From Oopsacas minuta (Eukaryota; Animalia; Porifera): 64,000 nucleotides of DNA. Positions 50,811 through 61,450 of this stretch are shown here, piece by piece; position 1 is the stretch's first letter; every line of letters begins with the position of its first letter. The stretch covers positions 850,534-914,533 of the forward strand of contig JAKMXF010000077.1 of NCBI GenBank assembly GCA_024704765.1, written 5' to 3'. The notes below the pieces were generated by a model. The model was given only the letters and a program-made list of their open reading frames with translations. It had not been told where the DNA came from and ran no database searches. The translations under genes were made by a program, and so were the position numbers.

Positions 50811-51313
50811 TCGTACACTGAAGGCCTTGAAAATATATGCTGAGGGACTTACGAATCCATTTTGATCTTTTCATGGCCACATGTAACCCCTACTTTACAC
50901 AAACTCTAGGCCATGTACCACAAATATTTCAGATTACAATGATGGGATTGGCTTAGAAGATTTGTCTGAAGAGGGCCTTAAATCCTGCAATAAATTAATC
51001 AAGCGATACTGTGAGAGAATCTTAAGAATATTTCGCTTTGAAGACAACGTTAGAGATGTGTTTGTTAGGCTTATCTCTCAAAGTGAACCAATTTTAGCAT
51101 CTTTTCGTAATATTACCAAAAAAGAATCGCAGCCAGATCTATCTGAGGTACAGAGCTGTAAAGATGTCCTGGTGAATTCCCCAATTATAATTGCCTTATA
51201 GTTTGTAGTTCAATGAACTGTAGGTCATTTTCATCTAGATATGACGTTCATAAGGTGATAAAATCGTACATTAAAATAGTGTTAACCGATTACTTGCAAT
51301 TTGAGACACTGTG
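50811..51313 (+). mobile_element. Transib-like (RAG1-related) transposon 3' end
   Basis: Reads FSWPHVTPTLHKL (resembles the Transib/RAG1 HK..H motif), then LSEEGLKSCNKLIKRY...DVFVRLISQSEPILASFR (ORF 50962-51201). It ends at CACTGTG (51307-13), the reverse complement of CACAGTG. Confidence 0.7.
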
Positions 51314-51949
51314 CACCCAAAGTAAGACCAAATCTAAGAAGTTGACAAAATGGTGATTGTTACATTTATATTTTTGTCGTTTGTGTCTATTCGAATATAC
51401 TTGAGAATTTTCTAAGAAAAATAACTTTTCAGAAAAATAATTTTATAAAAATTTTCATTTGTGAAGTCAGAAATATTTCTACTTCAATGTTGATGACAGC
51501 ACCTCAAAATCGCTATCTCGGATTATTATGAACCAATGAATCTCTTTGCTTGTTCCAGTGATATTTAGGTTCGTGCTATGAAATATATAACGTGAGCTAT
51601 GTAATATAGCTTGATACTTTGTAGAACAAATTATCAAGTATTAAAATTCAAAAAAATACAGAACGTGAATAACATGTGTCTAGAAAACATACATTTAGCA
51701 AAATTTCATTCCTTGAAACATAACATGGTGTATATTGCATCTTCATTTCTATATCAATATACAGTATATAAATAAACCATATGTAAAAGATTGAATTAGT
51801 GTACCATGTGTTGCTAGCACTCAAGAGTACGATAGAAACCACGGATGGCACACATTAGTATATATCCAAATATAACTCGAAAAGAATAAGAATAATTACC
51901 AATTGGTCTTGCTTATTCTTATGCATAACCGACTTTGCATAGTTCAAAT

Positions 51950-53870
51950 TAGTATCCTGGGATCGGTATTGAGGTCGATGGGGTAAACGTGAAGATCAAT
52001 AAATTCCAGTGGGGATAGAGATTATTGAAGGGAGTTTGGAAGCAGGTATGAAAACTCGGATAGAAGGAAGGAGTAAATTACATGTGAAAAACTTCAGGTG
52101 GACAAAAGAAAAGATGGGAGAACAGTGATCTGTATAAGAGAGAGGATGTAAATTTCGTTTAGCGAAACCTGTAAAAGAACATGGAATTCAAGAAAGGGGC
52201 AAATCGAAACAGTATAAGAAAGTAAATTGTAAAAATCTTGTATAGCATACCTGTATAAGAACTAGTACAATGGAAAATTTGTCACGATAAAAGTAAATAA
52301 TGCACTGAAAAATTCTGTGGCTAAAAGTCAGACAAAAATTATTGTCAATCAGTGTTTCTCTAATGACTACATTTGGATAAAATATATCTTACCCATTTAA
52401 AAATCAATTTATTTTGGTCAGGATAGACATGTTGGCGAAATTGAGCAATAAACGACGGAAATATCTAGTGCGGCTGGCTGGTAAGCTATATCACCACCGC
52501 TTTAATGAACCCTGTAATACATCATAATTATTTCAGAATATACTCGCATGTATGCATCTGCGAACACAGTAATAATACCAAAACTTTGCCCAAACCTTAT
52601 GTTGCTATCCATACTATTATTGCTACCAATAAGGACAGTCCAAAATAGTATAGTCAGATATAATTACAAAGAGACAAGGCATATGGATTTCTATACAAAA
52701 CGTGAAACACACATAAGAACAAGGTTTAGAAACAGACAGTTTAAAATAGGCAATAAAATAATAAGTGAGATATAGCTGGTCGTGTCTGCTGTGTTATACC
52801 AAGACAAGTGGGAGTGACCCGAACTAGCAAGGGTTCATGCTAAGTAGACCAAGGAGACTAATTTCTAAATATAACCTTGTTATCACATGTAGGGATGTAG
52901 GCGAGTAAACAGAGGTAGATATATGTTGTTGCAGAGTTCTTTCCTTTAGCAATCCACAAATAACTTGTATGAGATACAATTGAGGGGGTCAAGGTAGGGT
53001 AGGTGATATCATCTGGTGAATAGAATGACTGACGTATTATGATGGCAAGACTACCACATGCATTTCGATCTTTGCTATGCTTCATAGAATTCAAGATAGT
53101 GAATTTGCATAGTGCTGATAATGTTGGACGTCTATTCGATTCCTGCTGGAGATTATGCGTAAATAATCTCAGGGGTAATTGGTCAGGCAGGAGAAAGCCC
53201 AATAGATTGTTCGATGAGTGAGTAGAGGTGATGATTTTGAGAAATCTCTTCTCTAAGTATGTTGGACCATCGCTACATCGAATAACTGCAGAGGCTTTTT
53301 GGCTCTGGCTCGTGCTATTAATGTGCCCTTTAGATTGTAAAGTTAAACATGCTGGTACCCTGGCAATACTTGGAGCGGTGCGCAACATTTAGGCAGCTGG
53401 TCTACAATACACTTCCAGGTAGTTAGAAACTTGGAGTACACTTGGTAAGCATAGATCTGTTATGAGATTTACATTCTTTGCACAAGTAGCATTGGATTTG
53501 TACATACGTACATAATATAACGACACCATTTTAGTAGGTGATAGGATGACTAAAGAGAGCATAATTACTGCAGCAACAAGTAAAACATATGTTATGTATT
53601 GTTTATGCCAGGGGATGATGGATATGGTTTGGAGGTGTTATAAGGATTATAACATACGTAGATCGCGTAATAGAGTTACTTCAGAGAAATAGAAGGATAC
53701 CCTGAAACTCACTAATTAGTCGCACTAATTGACATCTAATAGCGGGTAAGGGAATATACTGAAGACAGAGGTACTTCTAAAAGTGGGCTAGGGAATATTC
53801 TGTAAGACAGGTTAGATCTAAAAGTAAGGAAGGGAATATACTGTAAAACAGAGGTACATCTGAAGTGAGT
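51950..53870 (-). mobile_element. Decayed non-LTR retrotransposon 5' part (APE endonuclease remnant; RT not seen)
   Basis: ORF 52858-53388 contains LKII..., LQQES, RNACGSLAIIIRQS, YLWIAK and IYLCLLAYIP, resembling APE motifs LQET, SGG.AI and LYLCAVYIP. Further downstream on the minus strand are DSNIRFG, RRLL, LID and DHCSPI. Confidence 0.5.
53749..53870. repeat. Three tandem copies of a 41-bp unit
   Basis: Units start AGGGAATAT at 53749, 53790 and 53831, each continuing ...CTGTAA(G/A)ACAG...TCTAAAAGT. Confidence 0.85.
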
Positions 53871-54036
53871 ATGTCGAAAATACAAAGACTTTCTCTTAAT
53901 GTAAAAACATCTAACGTGCATAAGAGAAAACATTCAAAGACTGATAATTCTAAATTAAGAAATCAGTGTATTTTAGCAATTGTCTAGGTTTTGCAAATGA
54001 ATCAACTGTTTTAGTACTTTTCCCGATTCATGTATA

Positions 54037-54864
54037 TAGTGGAGTCTCCCAAAACGGACACTCCGAGAAGCAGACAACCCCCTACAACGGACCAACCTCG
54101 TGGCACGAATTGAATTTGCTAAGCATGTAATACTTAAGCAGTCTCCGAGGAGCGGACAACTCCGAATTCCGAACAACGGACAGGGAACTGGCCTCGAATG
54201 GCGTGCCTTAATGCAAAATTGTCTCCCAAGAGCGGGACCCAGAAACTGCAACCAATAATTTTAATAGATATCACAAAATTTACATAATAATATGAGTGCT
54301 ATACAAGTCCCATGTCTTTCAAGTCTTTCAACAATTATTTCATCTTGTCAATCTAAACTCTGAGTCCATCAAGGCGGTACACACATGGGATTTCTTGTCC
54401 ATAACCTGCTCTTCTGTTTTCTTTCTCACCCGTAACCTCATCAAATCCTTTATTTACTTTTCTACCTCAAAAATTGTGAAAGCCGAGGATGTTATGAAGT
54501 AGCTATGGGCATTGCCACCACAATAGATACTGTAGCTAGTCTGCAAGTGTCAACCAGTAGACAAAGTTATCTTCCTGACTTATTTGCGCACCCATTATGA
54601 TATATATATAGAGTATAAAGCAATACCAATATGCTTACGTTACTCATCAGTCATCACTCTATATTATATTCATTCTTATCATAGTATAATAAAACCTGTG
54701 ACTTCTCCCGTACCTATTCAATTTAATACATGCAAAACTGCATTCAAATAGATAAATATTAGGTATTTTGAGAAGATAATTGAATAGTCTCCGAGCAGCG
54801 GATAATTCTCTACAACGGACAGAAGCCATGTCACCAACGTGTCCGTTAATTCGAGACTCCACTG
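54037..54864. mobile_element. pogo/Tigger-type MITE
   Basis: TA-flanked TIR TAGTGGAGTCTCCCAAAACGGACAC / rc CAGTGGAGTCTCGAATTAACGGACAC, with repeated ACAACGGAC subterminal motifs. Confidence 0.75.
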
Positions 54865-55174
54865 TATGCATATATAATTCAATTCTATATATACCCCCTG
54901 TCCATAAGAATAGGAACACCCTCCATAATTGCCACATGACACCAATATGGACGCCAGTCTATTTCCATAGTCTATTGATATTTTCAAACATTTATGAACA
55001 TAATTGCATCTGAAACGATGAAAAACCTATCTTGTTATACCTTCTGTCAAATCCACAAACAATTCAACGTAATTTCGCATGCCACTTGTTCCACAAGTCG
55101 TTGAGTCCGATAATTTAGGCCAGGTAGTAGTAGTAGTATATATATATATATATATCACTAATATTTCACATATA

Positions 55175-56082
55175 CAGTCAAGGGACTAAAGTATTCGACC
55201 ACACAAATATATTAATATAAATTGTATACTCTTTCCCGCTCCTATAAATTGTGTAGCCTATTTTCGTAGCTGCAATCTAGTAATTTGCATAGAATAACAT
55301 GGTTTTCAAGAATTTCAAAAAAATGTTTTCAATTTACACTTTTTGAAGGTGTCAATTGTTAATAATTTTTAGATAATTATTGATAGTCAAAATATGTGAT
55401 AATTCAAAACCTATTAAGTATCTATAATTTCTGACTTGATATTTGAATTCTACGTAGGCGAGTTACCCCAGATTAAATTTTCAATGGGATTGAACAATCT
55501 TTGCCAAAGTTATAGAAGAATTTCAATTTGTGCCATTTGTGCCACCTTTTGCCCAAGGAGCGCAAGTGGCCGTTACCAAGAGGTTATTTTGTAATTCAAG
55601 AGTTAGCATAGTCATATCATTCGAAAATATCACTTTGACACATTCCTCCAAACCCTAGTTGATTTCCTTGTAGTGGCGCTTTTTCCTGCCACCTGTGCCA
55701 CTTTTTGCAAAAAGTGCCACAAGTGCCACAAATTTAAATTCTTCTATAAGTTTGTTAAAAATTGTTTAATCCCATTGGAAATTTTAAACTGGGGTAACTC
55801 ACCTACGTAGAATTCAAATATCAAGCCAGAAATGATAGATTCTTAGCAGGTTTTGATTCCCACATATTTGGATTATCAATAATTATCTAATAATTATTAA
55901 TAATTAACACCTTCAAAAAGTGTAAATAGAAAATATTTTTGAAATTCTTGAAAAACATGTTATTCTATGCAAGTTACTAGATTGCAGCTACGAATATAGA
56001 CTACACAGTATATAGGAATGGGAAAGAGTATACATTTTATGACAATATATTTGTGTGGTCGAATAATTTTGTCCCTTAACTG
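55175..56082. mobile_element. ~910 bp palindromic (foldback) element, copy 2, uninterrupted
   Basis: TA|CAGTCAAGGGACTAAAGTATTCGACC ... GGTCGAATAATTTTGTCCCTTAACTG|TA. Length 908 bp, collinear with copy 1. Confidence 0.93.
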
Positions 56083-56243
56083 TATATTATTTCATTATAG
56101 TTACTTAGCAAACAGCTTTCTGCTATTTATATACGCATTATCCGAATACTCATAAATAGTTGTAAGAATTTATATCCAGATATTATGGATTTCCATTAAT
56201 GTAGTCTTGTTTATGGATCACGGGTCTAATTCAACGAAATGAT

Positions 56244-56551
56244 GGGGCGGATGCATTAGTTCAAATTTTTGGTGATGTTTACGTTAGTCCAGATATCACA
56301 TCGGTATTAGTCCAATTTTTGGTGATCGAATGCATGCATTCATGGAGAAATTTTGTCGCGAAGAAATATAGTAATTTACTTTTATTGTTTTGAATCTGAA
56401 TACTCTCAGCAACTCACAGCCTGCTCCAGATCCAACTCACGCAAACATCACCAAAAATTTGGACTAATACCGATGTGGATATTTGGACTAACGCATACAT
56501 ATGAAATTTGAACTAACGCATACATACGAATTTGGACCAACGACGCACCCC
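56244..56551. mobile_element. Mutator-type MITE
   Basis: GGGG/CCCC termini, perfect 9-bp TSD CGAAATGAT at 56235-43 and 56552-60, and internal inverted (TT)GGACTAA repeats. Confidence 0.88.
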
Positions 56552-57219
56552 CGAAATGATGAATCATTATTTGTGTTGATAAACGATGGATAATTATTTT
56601 TTATATATCATATTTTTTGTAATTGATATATTTCTGAATCGTTTGAATTTTCTAAAATTATACTATATATCAATTGAAACGTTACACAAAATGAGGAAAT
56701 TTTGTTCAGTTTATCTCAAATTAAAATGGTTTTAGAGTAAAATTGTCGGGTTGTTGTTTTGCTATAATGCCGGATACCTAGTTCATAATCATTCTCAGCG
56801 TGTATGGGCTTAGTAGAAAAAATGAGTTTTAAGTAAATTTCAAAATGCAAACAATCTCCGAAAATTTCCAACGAGCTGTAGCATTTTAAATAACATCTGA
56901 AATCGTTGGGGCATATTGGTTAATAAAGTCAAAACATAAACATAAAATTTCTGAACATTAGATCTTAATTATAACTCGATAAAAAAATTAAATATATTTT
57001 TGACTGTGACAATGACGTCATTACTTTTACACCCAAAGACTTAGAAATAATATTGTTACTAAAATCCTTGTCTCAATCTTCCGACAGGGCAGTTTAAATT
57101 CAGTTGGCGAAATTACTCATTTTTTTGTCTACCAACTCATTCCTATTTATTTCACCAATCCAATCAACTCATTTTAATCTTTCAAAATTCCAACAGTTTT
57201 CGCTTGTCCACCAGTACAA

Positions 57220-57693
57220 GTAAGTGAAGTTTGTTTGTAAGACACATAAGGGTATATTTCATCCTATATATGATTGTAAATGAAAATATGCACTATGCAG
57301 GGTAATTCTACAATTTCTTAATTTTCACAAATTATATTTTTCTCTAATACATCTGCATTGTTACGGTTTGGTCGGATAATGATTACAGGAAAACCTGTGA
57401 TCTATTACTCTTAGGGTCTGAATATATTGGATTGTTGGAATAAACGCGGGAGGTAGAATATATAGGGGGTTTGAATCGATAGCATTATCTAAAATAGATG
57501 TTATTACGTCTATTTTACCTTGTTAATTTCGAAGTATATGCTAGTTTTGCAATTGCATCGGGGGTATTTTGCCTCTTTCCGTTCATTCAGGGGTCAAAAT
57601 ACCCCAGTATATAATCTTCAGTGATGCAGTCCTGATGTTATTCTCTTTGGGTGTTTGTGGTAAACTTTTATATTCTCTAGATTTATTTTTTAG
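57220..57693 (+). other. Probable 5'UTR intron of SMAD4
   Basis: Consensus donor CAA|GTAAGT at 57220 and acceptor ATTTATTTTTTAG| at 57693, four bases before the ATG at 57698. Not confirmed by any transcript data. Confidence 0.5.
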
Positions 57694-57697
57694 CTTT

Positions 57698-59455
57698 ATG
57701 GATTTTCACCCTACCTTTCTCCCAATTTCATCTACTACCATGTCTGATATTCCACACCATCATTCTTCTCTAACATTTTCGTCTCAACTTATGCCATTCA
57801 AAGGTATTTATAGTCCTTCAGATCTTAAGGTGGATCATTACTTAACAATGGATTGTTCTCTTCCTGTCAACACTTTGGTCACTCCATCGTTTTCTCTAAA
57901 TAATTCAGGTTCTATTGTTCATTCTCAATTTGATTCAGTACTACCCTTTACTAACCCCCCAACTCCCATGTCAGATGCATGTATCAGTATAGTTACTAGT
58001 CTCCTTTGTCATAGGAAGGGAGGAGAGAGTGAGACTTTTGCTAGAAAGGCAATCGAATCTTTAGTAAAAAAATTGAAGGACAAAAGGGATGAATTAGAAA
58101 GCCTTGTTGTTGCAGTTACTTCTGGAGGTGCCCAACCTAGTAAATGTGTAACTATTCCCCGCACCCTTGATGGTCGGCTCCAAGTTGCTGGTAGAAAAGG
58201 TTTCCCCCATGTGATTTATTCAAAACTCTGGCGCTGGCCTGATCTCCAAAAAAATGAATTGAAACATGCTAAATTCTGCCAATATGCTTTTGATTTGAAA
58301 TGTGAATCAGTTTGTGTCAATCCTTACCATTATGAACGCGTTGTTTCCCTTGTATCGTTTCCTAATTCTGAACCTTCATCTGGAATATTGCTTCATCACA
58401 CAGCTACTCCACCTTTAGTGCTGGATCATGTGAATGAAGAACAAGTTGAATGTTTGCCAAGCAATCTAGGAAATGACTTGAATCCTCAGGTAATGTTGAA
58501 TCCTATGATTCAACATTCTCGAAATTCAGATATGCCTTTTCCCAGTATACCTACCCTCTACTTTTCTTCTAATTCACATTCTTCTCCTAATGACCCATTA
58601 TCAATTCCCATTTCAACTGGATCAAAGATTTCTGAATCTGTAATAAATTCTCCGATCAATCTACAAGATCAAACTCAAAGCCTATTAGATTCGTCAATGG
58701 AATTGAAATCTAGCAATAGTTTACTTATTAACCAATGCATTCTCCCTAAATTGCCTTGGCCTGAATATTGGTGTACTATTTCATATTTTGAATTGGAATC
58801 ACAGGTGGGGGAATTATTTAAAGTTCCAAGTCATTCTTCTCATGTAATAATTGACGGTTATGTTGATCCAGCCCCTGCTGGTGATCGATTTTGTTTGGGG
58901 AGGTTATCTAATGTTCATCGGAACTCAGAAACAGATAGAGTTCGATTACATATCGGTAGGGGTATAAAACTTGAACATCATCCATCTGGAGATGTCCATC
59001 TCTGCTGTCTTAGTGAGCATTCTGTTTTTGTGCAATCTTTCTATTTGGACCGTGAGGCTGGTAGACCTCTTGGTGAAGCCGTTCACAAAATATATCCTAA
59101 TGCTTGGCTAAAGGTATTTGATTTGGCATCTTGTTATCAGGAGATGCAACATCAATCACTTACAGCTAAAACAATCCATAACGTTCAAACAGCTGCTGTT
59201 CAAGGTGCAAATAGTGTTACAAATGGTCCTCCTAGTTTCAAAATACGACCTGATCGTTTTGGTGGCATTGGAGTTGATGATTTGCGTAAATTGTGTATTT
59301 TACGGCTTAGTTTTGTCAAAGGATGGGGTCCGGATTATCGGCGCTCATGTATTAAGGAAACACCTTGTTGGATCGAAGTTCAATTAAATAGAGCTCTTCA
59401 ACTTCTGGACACAGTACTTCTTAATATGCCGCAAGATATCCCTGTTCAAGATTAA
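57698..59455 (+). CDS. SMAD4: SMAD4 / co-SMAD (MH1 + linker + MH2), intronless coding sequence
   Basis: MH1: DACISIVTSLLCHRKGGESETFARKAIESLVKKLKDKRDEL...TLDGRLQVAGRKGFPHVIYSKLWRWPDL...CVNPYHYERV. MH2: PEYWCTISYFELESQVGELFKV...DRFCLGRLSNVHR...GIGVDDLRKLCILRLSFVKGWGPDY...ETPCWIE. No C-terminal SSXS motif, as expected for a co-SMAD. The start is inferred; the track ORF starts at TTG 57569. Confidence 0.96.
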   Translation: MDFHPTFLPISSTTMSDIPHHHSSLTFSSQLMPFKGIYSPSDLKVDHYLTMDCSLPVNTLVTPSFSLNNSGSIVHSQFDSVLPFTNPPTPMSDACISIVTSLLCHRKGGESETFARKAIESLVKKLKDKRDELESLVVAVTSGGAQPSKCVTIPRTLDGRLQVAGRKGFPHVIYSKLWRWPDLQKNELKHAKFCQYAFDLKCESVCVNPYHYERVVSLVSFPNSEPSSGILLHHTATPPLVLDHVNEEQVECLPSNLGNDLNPQVMLNPMIQHSRNSDMPFPSIPTLYFSSNSHSSPNDPLSIPISTGSKISESVINSPINLQDQTQSLLDSSMELKSSNSLLINQCILPKLPWPEYWCTISYFELESQVGELFKVPSHSSHVIIDGYVDPAPAGDRFCLGRLSNVHRNSETDRVRLHIGRGIKLEHHPSGDVHLCCLSEHSVFVQSFYLDREAGRPLGEAVHKIYPNAWLKVFDLASCYQEMQHQSLTAKTIHNVQTAAVQGANSVTNGPPSFKIRPDRFGGIGVDDLRKLCILRLSFVKGWGPDYRRSCIKETPCWIEVQLNRALQLLDTVLLNMPQDIPVQD

Positions 59456-60114
59456 TATGAGAATTCTGCTTAATTTTATTTACGTGATCAAATAGATTAT
59501 TTCATATCTACTCTTGATACTCATCTCATTTAGTTCAATGAGGACTTGGTGAATTATACTTATGTTTAACTATGGTTTTCTATGAATGTGTTTACTTCTG
59601 CACAATCCTCGATCTTAGATTCATTGTATATTCAAAGGTTTTAGTCACACACGTCTCAAAAATAGGCATACGATCTTATGAGCGTATGGTCTGTAAAAGC
59701 TTTCGTATTCCCCTTTGTTGGATGTCATACAACCTTCTTACATCTAAATTATCCCAAGCCTAAAACGAAACTGTACAGTCGACTATAACTGAAAACCTCA
59801 TTCGTAATCTGTTTTTACATTGCTGACTATATTATAGAATACTTTACCAGTATTAAAATCACTATCTATATTACTACTGGGCCGACCCATAGCATTCTAA
59901 TACGCTAAAAGAATGGAAATTGCAACTTTTTCAGGACCAGAGATTGGTTAATCGAGTTCGAGATTATTATGCTGGAGTGTATATCTGAGAAATAATACAC
60001 TTTTGGCCGAATGAATAAATTTTTACATGTAGAAATACATGTCATCATTCCATAAAAGCAAAATTTTGTCAAAATATGCCAAATTATATATTTTTTAATC
60101 AATAATTCACCGTA

Positions 60115-61450
60115 CAGTCTGGGCACGAAATTATTTACAATTATAAATTAACCATAATCCAATTTAGCATTGATTACTAAAGAAATTGACGATACATTTC
60201 TTGTATAGAAGTGATAGATATTACCTAAAACAATAATGTTACTAATAGTTAATCTTTTTCCCACCAGAGGCAATTACCAGATCACACCTTTTTTTCATAG
60301 AACTTGTGAACTTAGAAAGAAAATCAGGCTCAAACTTTTCCCACTGAGAATATATCATACTCTCCACTTCCTCAATTGTCTTTGGAGCGTTGACTATTAT
60401 TCTGTGCTTCAGTACACCCCATAAATTCTCAATAGGGTTCAGATCCGGGCTATTGGGAGGCCAGTCTATGCGTCTAACACGGTGTGTCTCTTTGAAAGCG
60501 CATGAAAACTTTGATGTATGGATACTCGAATTATCCTCTTGTAATTTCCAGCCATCAGGGTATAATGTATCTGCAGTCTGAAACAGAACTTCATTTAAAA
60601 CATTACAATAATGTTCTGAATTAAAGTTATGCTTGAATACCTTCACTGGGGTGGTACCTCGAGCAGAAATTCCTCCCCAAATGTGTACTTTGGGAGTATG
60701 CCGTGTTATGTTGAGGGTTGGTCGTTCACCTCTTGTCCACATTCGAATTCTACCCTGATTTAGCCAGATAGAACATTCATCCGTGAATATTATCTTGTGC
60801 CAGTGAATATTCCTGTGTTTCTTGGTCCAATCGACACGTATTTTCTCATTCTGGGAGTGATTCCCGGCCCTCTGATCGGAACTTTCTTAGAAAGTCCCAT
60901 ACTCTTTATTGTCCTCCGTATCGACTCTCTAGATATATCTAAACCCTGAGTGACCTGAAATTCACTTGCTATCCTTCTTACAGATACTCGTGGATTTTTT
61001 CGGAGCTTGGCTGCAAGAGATATCTTGTTATTTTTGGACATTTTCATTGGTCTACCAGCTCCTTTTCGATGCTTCAAATATATGGAATCTGACATTGTAG
61101 CTTTGACATTATACACGGTCTTCAAAGAAGCTCCACATCGCTTTGCAATTGACTTTATAGTAGTTGTTTTCAATATTAACAACTCCGAAACATCTTGACG
61201 TTTGGCTTGTTGCATCTATTTCGAACAATTCTAGTTCACCACAGAATAGGGATAAAATGCCCAGTAATCACCAAGGATGACGCGACAAAATCAAAGAAAT
61301 GATGTAAAAAATCAAAAAATTTTGAAATAACAAAAATATATATTATAATGTTCATGTAAAGTGATCGAGATATTTCAATTTCGTGCTTTTGCAATATTAC
61401 GGGTTCTTAAGAAACAATCAGAAAATTGTAAATAATTTCGTGTCAGACTG
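60115..61450 (-). mobile_element. Tc1 (DD34E) element, nearly intact
   Basis: TA TSDs. TIR CAGTCTGGGCACGAAATTATTTACAATT / rc CAGTCTGACACGAAATTATTTACAATT. Length 1336 bp. Confidence 0.95.
60242..61215 (-). pseudogene. Tc1 transposase with one apparent 1-bp frameshift
   Basis: HTH ORF 60790-61215 joins the catalytic ORF 60242-60742 via a frameshift near 60845 that restores IRVDWTKKHRNIHWHKIIFTDECS. QEDNSSIH...WPPNSPDLNPIENLW gives D34E spacing. Confidence 0.92.

Noticed and set aside
45721-50822. Target-site duplication for the long-arm element
   Set aside because: Flanks CCTCAATTCTA and CGTACACTG do not match at any 8-11 bp register I tried.
57569-57697. First 43 codons of the track's SMAD4 ORF (TTG start)
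   Set aside because: Non-ATG start, no homology, and the segment lies within a probable intron ending TTTTTTAG at 57693.
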